A stretch of DNA of 25,847 bases from assembly GCA_965648935.1 (NCBI GenBank), contig CBFGIY010000032.1, positions 1 to 25,847 of the forward strand. Direction: 5' to 3'. Positions 9,183-16,650 of the stretch are shown here, one piece after another (position 1 is the stretch's first letter; each line of letters opens with the position of its first letter). Under the pieces are notes generated by a model. That model worked only from the letters and a program-made list of their open reading frames with translations. It ran no database searches and was not told where the DNA came from. Both the position numbers and the translations under genes were made by a program. The DNA is from a candidate division WOR-3 bacterium (lineage in GTDB: Bacteria > Hydrothermota > Tepidihabitantia > Tepidihabitantales > Tepidihabitantaceae).

Positions 9183-10093
9183 TGTTCCCCTGCCAGATGC
9201 CTTCTGAGGATACGAGCCGCGACCTTCGGCGAATAGTCAGCGTGATAGACACCGAAGGTGCGCTCACGAAAGGGAACCCGCTTTTCAACGAAGTCGACAA
9301 GCGTCCAGAATCGGAAGCCGATGTCGAGCTCGGCCAGATGCCGGAGCATAGCTTCATAGACCAGAGCCTGCTGCTGCTCACCACCAGAGTCACTCGTTGG
9401 GTAGCCGAACTCGCTCACCATTATGGCCGTTGCTGACTCGGACCTGAGCCAGTTCACAACACCGGCAAGGCTCTCAGGATGCCCGTAGAACGACAAGCCG
9501 ACAAGATCGACCCTGTTGAGAAGGCTCTTGACGATGGGCGATGCCTCAAGCTGGCTGCGGCTCGTGGAGCTGAACTCCAGCTCTATCGGATGCACTGCGT
9601 CGATGCGACGAATGCGGGATATCACGCTCTCGGCCCAGACCGACACAACTGACAACGGTTCATCGACAGCGTTTATCTCATTCCTGACACCCCAGAAACA
9701 GATCCTCTCGTCGTCCTTGAAACGTCCGACAACCGAATCCAGGTATCTGGCATGAATCGGCCAAACATCAACCGAGTAGCTCGGCAGAAGGTCAAAGAGA
9801 GTAAAGGCTACCTTGAGACCTGTCGCATCAGCTATCCTCAGGAAACGCTCCATCCGGTCCAGCGTCCGTGACTCAACCCCTCCGTCCTCTGCTCGTACGA
9901 CGGCAGGAAAATGAACATAGGTCTCGGCAAGATTCAGCCCCAGATTCCTGGCCAGCGCCAGTTCAGTTCCTATCGCCGCGCTGTCCCAGTTCAGCCACAT
10001 CCTCTCCCAGGCTCGCCTCGACGGGTAGTAGTTCACGCCACGTACGTCGCTGGGCGCCAGAAGGACCATGCACAACTGAAGGCAGTAGAACAC
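9179..10093 (-). CDS. Clan GH-A (GH5-like) glycoside hydrolase
   Basis: RGVNYYP, 'EL..AR.LGLN', 'LDR...FL..A...GLKV..TLFD', acid/base W.VRNE, nucleophile MVSEFG, C-terminal WTL.D and FGV. Confidence 0.8.
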   Translation of the reverse strand: MFYCLQLCMVLLAPSDVRGVNYYPSRRAWERMWLNWDSAAIGTELALARNLGLNLAETYVHFPAVVRAEDGGVESRTLDRMERFLRIADATGLKVAFTLFDLLPSYSVDVWPIHARYLDSVVGRFKDDERICFWGVRNEINAVDEPLSVVSVWAESVISRIRRIDAVHPIELEFSSTSRSQLEASPIVKSLLNRVDLVGLSFYGHPESLAGVVNWLRSESATAIMVSEFGYPTSDSGGEQQQALVYEAMLRHLAELDIGFRFWTLVDFVEKRVPFRERTFGVYHADYSPKVAARILRRHLAGEQ

Positions 10094-10100
10094 CTTGGTA

Positions 10101-10127
10101 ATTATGCCCCACGCGAGCCGGAGTCAA
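10101..10127 (-). promoter_or_regulatory. Promoter TTGACT-N15-CATAAT, 7 nt before GTG (leaderless candidate)
   Basis: Divergent intergenic region; no SD before GTG 10093. Confidence 0.55.
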
Positions 10128-10204
10128 GCACGTCCGCAGAGTGTCGCATCAGTCGGACGCGACTCGCGAGGGACTAGCTTGATCTCGGGCTCGCGACGTG
10201 ATGA

Positions 10205-10232
10205 TTGACAACGGAAGGGGGAAGCACAGAAT
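10205..10232 (+). promoter_or_regulatory. Promoter TTGACA-N16-CAGAAT, 6 nt before GTG (leaderless candidate)
   Basis: Perfect -35; GTG at 10239. Confidence 0.75.
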
Positions 10233-10238
10233 CGCACC

Positions 10239-11363
10239 GTGAAGGTCACTCTGAATGCCGCCTTTGTCACGGACGATCCCGTCGGCATATCAAGATATGT
10301 CCGCTGCCTCAGCGCGCCGCTTGCCAGGCTCTGCGACTTGACGATTCTGACGTCTGCACCGGAATCCTTCGTCTCGTGCCCCAGCCGCATCATCGAGATA
10401 CCACGCTGGACCAGGTCTCGCCGTTCGCGTCTCATCTGGACGCTGACGAGACTCAATAGCTTCGTGGGCGCTGGATGTGACATCCTCCTTTGTCCTGACT
10501 CACTGGTTCCACCCTCCCCACGAGTCCCCGCGCTCGCGGTTGTACACGACCTCATCCCCATCACGCTACCGCGACTGCATTCGGCAAGGCACAAGGCACT
10601 TTTCCTGGCAGAGTTAACGACGCTCCGCTGGGCCTCGGCAGCAGTCGCTGACTCGCACTCGACGGCCCGTGACCTGCGCCGACTCCGGCTTCTTCCCGAG
10701 CAGGCAGTATCCGTGGTACAGCCGGCCGCCGGGATAACAGCGAACCACGGCTGCGTTTGGGGCGAAGGGGACGCAGCACTCAGCGCGGAGGCGGCGTCAG
10801 GCGACTCAGCCGGAGGCGAACAGACAGAGCGCTACGTCCTGTACGTCGGCGGACACTCGATTCACAAAAACACAGCCCGCCTTGTTTCCGCATTCGCCGA
10901 ACTCGACTTGCCTGATGACATCAAGCTCTATATGGTCGGCTGGGGCAGACGACAAGACATAAGCAGGACCCGCAGAGCGATTGACGCGCACGGCATCAGC
11001 GATCGCGTCACCCTGATGCCTCGTGTGTCCGACTCCCAGTTGTCGCTTCTTTACAGGAAGTGTCTCTTCTTCGTCTTTCCATCCTTGTACGAAGGATTCG
11101 GCCTGCCCGTTCTCGAGGCTCTTGGGCACGGTGTGCCGACAGCGTGCAGCCGGGCAGCAAGCCTGCCCGAAGTCGCGGCCGACGCCGCATTATACTTCAA
11201 TCCTAGATCAACTGCGGAGATGACTTCGGTCATGCAACGGCTCGCCGATGACGCAGGACTGAGAGAAAGACTGAGCGCGCTCGCCCTCAAGCGATCCCGG
11301 AAGTTCTCATGGCAGGCTACCGCGGAAGAAATCATGCGACGCGCCAATGCGATTGTGTCCTGA
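10239..11363 (+). CDS. Glycosyltransferase family 4 (MtfB-like)
   Basis: GISRY, VVHDLIP, DSHST..DL, LYVGG...HKN, FPSLYEGFGLPVLEAL, SLPEVA, FSW. Confidence 0.93.
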   Translation: MKVTLNAAFVTDDPVGISRYVRCLSAPLARLCDLTILTSAPESFVSCPSRIIEIPRWTRSRRSRLIWTLTRLNSFVGAGCDILLCPDSLVPPSPRVPALAVVHDLIPITLPRLHSARHKALFLAELTTLRWASAAVADSHSTARDLRRLRLLPEQAVSVVQPAAGITANHGCVWGEGDAALSAEAASGDSAGGEQTERYVLYVGGHSIHKNTARLVSAFAELDLPDDIKLYMVGWGRRQDISRTRRAIDAHGISDRVTLMPRVSDSQLSLLYRKCLFFVFPSLYEGFGLPVLEALGHGVPTACSRAASLPEVAADAALYFNPRSTAEMTSVMQRLADDAGLRERLSALALKRSRKFSWQATAEEIMRRANAIVS

Positions 11364-12795
11364 CCTGCGTCGCAGCGGTTTCCTCGGACGACGAAAGCGC
11401 GAGACCTTCGTTCAAGGAAAGCCGCTCTACACTACTGGTCAGGCCAACGATGATTCCCAGCAGAAGAAAGGCACCGTGGTGCCAGAGTATGCAATCGAAC
11501 ATACCATGAACGAGATACATTATCAGCGCGGCACACAGCCCAACACCTATGCCGCGACCTTGCCCTTGCGTCGCTCGCGCCAGCCTGTCCGCACGCCGGG
11601 CAGCTCGCACCAGCAGTCCGACAAAGATGAGCAGTCCCGCGACTCCAAGGTTCGCGAGCATCTCTAATAGGAGGTTGTGCGAGTTGAACGGCAGTGTCAG
11701 CCGCTTGGGCCAACCGAAGCCATAGGAGTACTTGATGAACCTGAAGTTCTGAAAACCGACCCCCAACAGCCAGTTGTCCTTGGCAACTTCAAGCGCTGCC
11801 GCCCACAACTGCAGACGCCAGAGAAACGACGGGTCTCGCATGCCTGTGGCCTCGAGTCTTGAGGAAACCATGACCGATACGAATTCGGTGAGGGCGAGCG
11901 CTAGAACCATCGCGCCCGCTGCGGCAACCATACGCAGCGACCGAGAGCGCAGCACTACATAAAGGAAGGCAAAACCGAAGCCCAGCCAGGCCCCGCGTGA
12001 CCTGGTGAAGACGAGCGCCGCCGCCATCACAAGCATGGCAAGCCACACCGGCAATCTCGCCTTCGTGTCACGGTCTATCGAAACACCTGCCAGCAGAACA
12101 AGAAAACCACCGATCTGAGCGGCGTAGGCGTTCATGTTCACCAACCCGCCCGGTCCGACGAGCGTCTTCCCCGCGGCTCCGCCCTGAGAGTCAACCGCTA
12201 TGAATGGAAGCATCAGGCAAGTGAGGACGTATCCGAACGCCATCACTTTGAGCAAAAGCCTGACCTGATTCATACTCCGTGGCGTCACGGCACTGACCCA
12301 GATGATCAGCAGAACCTCCAGGCCGATCAGCGTATCCCGCAGCAACGGAGTTGAATACCACCCTCGCAGGTATGCAACGGCGTTGGACAGAATGATCAGC
12401 ACGGCAAGTGCGCTGACCATCCGACCATCCTCGAATCGGACACGCCCGATTTCGAGCCGCCGCTCATGCGGCGATCGGCGCATCGCGCGCACAAGCAACC
12501 AGAGCGCCAGCACGCCCGCGAAGCTGGCGTGAAGGAGGCTGAATGGCAGCAGCTCCAGCGCGGTCAACGGCACAAGACCTGCAAGGTAGCCTAGCATCCA
12601 GAAGTCATCGTGCAGCAGCACTGCAGCTACAACCAGTTGCACCGGCAGCAGAGCCAGCACCCACGCCGCAGTCTCGTGCCCGAATCCGTAGAGCAGACCG
12701 AATCCGACCACGCACGCCGTCTCAAGGGCGAGCAAAATCACCCACCGGCGGTCACGACTCAGACACCGAACAGAAATCACGCCGGTCTTGTTCAT
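11332..12795 (-). CDS. Wzy_C / O-antigen ligase family membrane protein (polymerase, ligase or O-OTase)
   Basis: Polytopic; N.N.YA, FTRSRGAWLG, S...R.QLW, LLGVG..NF, SHNLLLE...NLGV.G, VHGMFD. Confidence 0.88.
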   Translation of the reverse strand: MNKTGVISVRCLSRDRRWVILLALETACVVGFGLLYGFGHETAAWVLALLPVQLVVAAVLLHDDFWMLGYLAGLVPLTALELLPFSLLHASFAGVLALWLLVRAMRRSPHERRLEIGRVRFEDGRMVSALAVLIILSNAVAYLRGWYSTPLLRDTLIGLEVLLIIWVSAVTPRSMNQVRLLLKVMAFGYVLTCLMLPFIAVDSQGGAAGKTLVGPGGLVNMNAYAAQIGGFLVLLAGVSIDRDTKARLPVWLAMLVMAAALVFTRSRGAWLGFGFAFLYVVLRSRSLRMVAAAGAMVLALALTEFVSVMVSSRLEATGMRDPSFLWRLQLWAAALEVAKDNWLLGVGFQNFRFIKYSYGFGWPKRLTLPFNSHNLLLEMLANLGVAGLLIFVGLLVRAARRADRLARATQGQGRGIGVGLCAALIMYLVHGMFDCILWHHGAFLLLGIIVGLTSSVERLSLNEGLALSSSEETAATQVRTQSHWRVA

Positions 12796-14264
12796 GCACC
12801 GATGACTCTGCGTAGGATCATCGAATCAGAACGGTCGAATCCTCGCAGAAGGACGAGCAGAATGAGGTACAAGGCAAATGCGAGCGCCGCGGCAACCAAC
12901 GCATGACCGCGCAACGCCAGGAACCAGGCAATTGGCCCTGCGCCGGCACAGGCCAGGAAGCACTTCGTCGTCACGACCGCCAACTGACGCGCATTCACGC
13001 GGGCTGCAGTACGACGCTGGGCGTTCACCAGCATCGCCAGACTCACGGACTCGGCAACCGTTATCGAAACTGCGACTCCAATCCCACCGAGGACGGGTAT
13101 CAGAAGCAGGTTGAGCACGAGGTTGGCGGCAAGCGCAACGGCGGACTGAAGGACTACTGCCCTGGGGCGGTCAACAGCGTAGAGGTAGTTGCTGAGCATC
13201 GAATTGAGCGAAGCAAGACCACCCCACCAGACCAGCACCCGCAAAACAGCGGACGCCCCATCATAGTTACTGCCGTAGACCAGCCTGATGACAGGTTCTG
13301 CCAGAATCGTGCCGAGCACACCCATCGGAACAGCCAGGATAAGCACATACCTGAGAGACGCCGAAACGCCGCTTCTGAGTCTGTCAGCGTCATCTATATG
13401 CAGTCTCGACATTACTGGATACATCGCACCGGAGAAGGCGTAGGACAAGAACCCGACTCCCAGGACGAGTCGAAAGGCTGCGCTGAACAGCCCAACCTCG
13501 GTGCTGTCACCAAGACGCGACAACAGGGCGGTGCCGATCCAGTAATACAGCACCACGAAAATCGACGACAGTCCGAAGGGGAAAGAGGACTTCAGGATTG
13601 GAGGCCACTCAGCAGGCCGAATGCGGACTTGCAGTCTGGGACTCAGCGCACGAGACAGCGCGGCTGACATGCACGCGCAGGCCAGAGATGCTCCGACATA
13701 GAGCCAGGCATAGTGCATCGGCCCGGCGCCGGAACGTCCGAGCGCGAATCCCCCTGCAAGCAGCACACCGGTCTGCAGCATCCGGCTGAAGGCGATCAGC
13801 TCCATCCGCTCAAATCCCTGAAAGACGGACGCATAGTACAGGGCCGCAGAGCTGGGCAGTATGAACAGACTCGCAATCGTCACGAGACGAACCTGCTCTT
13901 CCGAGTAGCCGACAAGTCTGGCCAGCAAGAACGCAATTCCGACGAGGCCAAGTGATACCAGCGCCTTGATGGCAAGCGCGTTTCCGACGAGGCCGGCTGC
14001 GGCGGCAGAGTCTCTGGCTACCTCCCGGGTCGTGTGGAACCCAAGGCCGATGTCAGCAAAGACGGCCAGCATCGTGGAGAAGGCCAGCGCAAGAGAGAAC
14101 AGCCCGAACCGATCAGCCCCCAGATGCCTGGCTGCCATGGTGAAGAAGAAAAAGACCATGACCTTGTTGGCAACATCGGCCAGTGCCAAGTAGGCGGTAT
14201 TCTTCGCGACACGCGACACCGCCACGCCCGGATGGTCCCGGCCGACTCCGGGAGCCGACTTCAT
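12792..14264 (-). CDS. wzx: Wzx-type oligosaccharide flippase
   Basis: VAKNT, ARHLGA..FG, DIGL, FQGFERM, VGLFSAAFRL, YPVMSR, YG..Y, NLLLIP..G..G.A. ATG 14264 is 1 nt after the wzz stop; the ORF-track start 14426 overlaps wzz. Confidence 0.92.
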   Translation of the reverse strand: MKSAPGVGRDHPGVAVSRVAKNTAYLALADVANKVMVFFFFTMAARHLGADRFGLFSLALAFSTMLAVFADIGLGFHTTREVARDSAAAAGLVGNALAIKALVSLGLVGIAFLLARLVGYSEEQVRLVTIASLFILPSSAALYYASVFQGFERMELIAFSRMLQTGVLLAGGFALGRSGAGPMHYAWLYVGASLACACMSAALSRALSPRLQVRIRPAEWPPILKSSFPFGLSSIFVVLYYWIGTALLSRLGDSTEVGLFSAAFRLVLGVGFLSYAFSGAMYPVMSRLHIDDADRLRSGVSASLRYVLILAVPMGVLGTILAEPVIRLVYGSNYDGASAVLRVLVWWGGLASLNSMLSNYLYAVDRPRAVVLQSAVALAANLVLNLLLIPVLGGIGVAVSITVAESVSLAMLVNAQRRTAARVNARQLAVVTTKCFLACAGAGPIAWFLALRGHALVAAALAFALYLILLVLLRGFDRSDSMILRRVIGA

Positions 14265-14265
14265 C

Positions 14266-15489
14266 CTAGGTGACCGCGCCGGGCTTTGCCGTTGTGCGAG
14301 AGAAGAGGCTGCGTATCTGGACCGCGACCTCGCGCCAAGCCCGGTAGGCTTCGGGATTGGCAGCCTGCAGCCCCTCAAGATACTCGAAAAAGACAGCAGA
14401 GAAGATTCCAAGCAGGAAACTGGCAAGGAAGCCGATCAGCACAATCATGGCTCTTCGCGGCCTGCTCTTGCGTTCAGGTGGCACGGCCCGGTCAAGAACA
14501 GATAGTGCGGGCGTATCACGCGCCTCGAGGACCTTGGCATACTCGAACTGCTCGTAGAGCATGGCATAGGTTTCATCCTGTATCTTGGCATCACGCAGAC
14601 GGCGCGCGAACTCCAGCCCGACGTCGGGAAGGTCTTCGAAGGCAACCGAGAAGCCGATGCCGTATCCGCTGGAACCATCGCCCCTCTCCAGCGCGCCGAC
14701 TCTGAGCTCAAATGCCTCCACCTCACCCCGAAGGCGCGCCACGTAAGGATTGTCCGGCCCGCCGACCCGCTCGGCTGCCGCCAGCTCCGCCTGCCGTGCA
14801 TAGAGCTGAGCCTTCAACTTCGCGTATGTCTCGATCGCAGCCTTGGTCTCCTCGCTGACAGTCACGGTCTTGTGGCGCTGCTGGAAGACCCGCAGAGAGT
14901 CATTGGCGAGTGCCAGTTCCGCGGCGACTTCTCCCAGACGGCGTTCGAGGAAGACACGCGTATTGCGCCCCTGGCTCATATTGGAGGTCCGCAGGAAGTT
15001 GTCCAGCTCATCGACGTAGCAATTTGCGATGCTGGCGGCAAGAGCCGGAGTCTTCGCCATCACTCGAATCGTGACGATTCCATCATCACCGGCAACCAGA
15101 GTGGTCATCTTTCGCAGACGCTTCACCGCAAGCTCCATGCTGTTCCGTCTGATGCGGTAATAGGGTATCACGCTGCACCTGGCGACCACGTTGCTCATGA
15201 TGGTTCGACTGCCCAGTATCCCCACCATCAGATCCGAAGGTGTCGAGCCGCCGAGCATCGCACCTGCCCGCAGTCTGCCCAGGCGGCCGGCACTGAGCCC
15301 ACCACCCAGAATTGACGACATGCCGAGCAGGTCGTTCTCAGGCGGCGGCAAGACCCGGGCCACAGAAGCATAGCTCAATGGAAGCAAGAAGCTGATTGCC
15401 ACAGCCAGCAAGGTGACGACAAACGTGTTCCAGAAGATGAACTTGCGCCACTTGAGGACAATGCTGAGGTACTTGACCAGTCTGTTCAC
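14266..15489 (-). CDS. Wzz/Wzc-N-terminal-like polysaccharide co-polymerase without kinase domain
   Basis: Two TM helices flanking a coiled-coil loop; KWRKFI..LLP..Y.S.A.VLPP; VLDRAVPPERKSRPRR before TM2. Confidence 0.87.
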   Translation of the reverse strand: MNRLVKYLSIVLKWRKFIFWNTFVVTLLAVAISFLLPLSYASVARVLPPPENDLLGMSSILGGGLSAGRLGRLRAGAMLGGSTPSDLMVGILGSRTIMSNVVARCSVIPYYRIRRNSMELAVKRLRKMTTLVAGDDGIVTIRVMAKTPALAASIANCYVDELDNFLRTSNMSQGRNTRVFLERRLGEVAAELALANDSLRVFQQRHKTVTVSEETKAAIETYAKLKAQLYARQAELAAAERVGGPDNPYVARLRGEVEAFELRVGALERGDGSSGYGIGFSVAFEDLPDVGLEFARRLRDAKIQDETYAMLYEQFEYAKVLEARDTPALSVLDRAVPPERKSRPRRAMIVLIGFLASFLLGIFSAVFFEYLEGLQAANPEAYRAWREVAVQIRSLFSRTTAKPGAVT

Positions 15490-15495
15490 GGTCGA

Positions 15496-15523
15496 AGTCT
15501 AGGCGAGAAGCCCTCTAAGTCAA
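15496..15523 (-). promoter_or_regulatory. Promoter TTGACT-N16-TAGACT, 6 nt before GTG (leaderless candidate)
   Basis: Fills the 36-bp gap between wecB and the wzz-like gene. Confidence 0.8.
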
Positions 15524-15525
15524 CC

Positions 15526-16650
15526 TCAGGAAGCCAGGCCGCGGCGCCTGAGGATGCGCGCGATGCGCTGGGCCGCGCGGCCGTCGCCAAATGGGTTCTC
15601 GGCATGGGCCATGCGCCGGTATGCCGCCCGCGACCGCAGCAACCGCTCGGTCAGCGACACGATCCTGTCGACGTCAGTCCCCACCAGTCGCGCGGTGCCG
15701 GCCTCGATTGCCTCGGGCCGCTCGGTCTTGTCCCGCAGGACGAGGACCGGCTTGCCCAGGGCCGGGGCCTCCTCCTGTATCCCTCCCGAGTCGCTCAGTA
15801 TCAGGTAGCTGCGTTCCATCAGGTGCGCAAAAGGGAGGTACTCGAGTGGCTCTATCAGGTGCACGCGTTCGACCCTGCCGAGGATTGCGTTCACCGGCCC
15901 GCGCACATTCGGGTTCAGATGTACCGGGTAGACGACCTCGACGTCAGGGTTCCGCAGGGCAATGGCCGCCAGCGCCCGGCAGATACGTTCGAATCCGGGC
16001 CCGAAGCTCTCGCGCCGGTGTGCGGTGACCAGGATGATCCGCCGTTGCGGGGCGAGGCGCTCAAGCAGCGGCACGTCCCAGGGCTTGCTGCTGGCCAGCG
16101 CCCAGAGCAGGGCGTCGATCACCGTGTTACCCGTGACGTGAATCGCGCCGGCCGCCACGCCCTCGCGCCTCAGATTCTCGCGTGCCCGCGGCGTCGGCGC
16201 GAAGTGAATGTCTGCCATGCAGCCGACCAGCCTGCGGTTCATCTCCTCCGGGTACGGCGCGAACTTGTCGCGCGTGCGCAGCCCGGCCTCGACGTGACCG
16301 ACCGCCACCCGCTGGTAGTAGGCGGCCAACGCTCCGACGAAAGCGGTAGTCGTATCACCCTGTACGAGGACAATGTCCGGCCGCGCCTCGCTCAGCACTT
16401 TCTCGATGCCGTTCAATGCCCTGACCGTAACGTCGGTCAGCGACTGCCCCGGCCGCATTATGTCCAGATCGAAGTCCGGCTCTATGTCGAAAATGGCCAG
16501 CACCTGATCCAGCATGCTCCGATGCTGGGCCGTGACGACCACCTTGACATCAAACGCGCCGCGCTGCCGTCGCAACTCGTGGATTACGGGTGCCAGCTTG
16601 ATTGCCTCGGGCCGCGTGCCGAAGACCGGCATCACTCGCATTCGCTTCAT
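15526..16650 (-). CDS. wecB: UDP-N-acetylglucosamine 2-epimerase (non-hydrolysing)
   Basis: FGTRPEAIKLAP, QGDTTT, HVEAGLR, PEEMNR, TGNTVIDAL, TAHRRES, DSGGIQEEAP, TERPE, NPFGDG. Confidence 0.97.
   Translation of the reverse strand: MKRMRVMPVFGTRPEAIKLAPVIHELRRQRGAFDVKVVVTAQHRSMLDQVLAIFDIEPDFDLDIMRPGQSLTDVTVRALNGIEKVLSEARPDIVLVQGDTTTAFVGALAAYYQRVAVGHVEAGLRTRDKFAPYPEEMNRRLVGCMADIHFAPTPRARENLRREGVAAGAIHVTGNTVIDALLWALASSKPWDVPLLERLAPQRRIILVTAHRRESFGPGFERICRALAAIALRNPDVEVVYPVHLNPNVRGPVNAILGRVERVHLIEPLEYLPFAHLMERSYLILSDSGGIQEEAPALGKPVLVLRDKTERPEAIEAGTARLVGTDVDRIVSLTERLLRSRAAYRRMAHAENPFGDGRAAQRIARILRRRGLAS

Noticed and set aside
10128..10204. Short inverted repeats (cgtccg/cggacg; tcgcgag/ctcgcga) in the divergent intergenic region as operator or ncRNA
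   Set aside because: Only 6-7 bp GC-rich arms, expected by chance; no recognisable RNA family.
14265..14426. ORF-track upstream starts for wzx (14426), polA (19197), lipoprotein (20864), EEP (23580) and DUF4175-like (3602)
   Set aside because: They overlap upstream genes or predicted promoters and add non-family N-termini; downstream starts fit coupling or SD signals.
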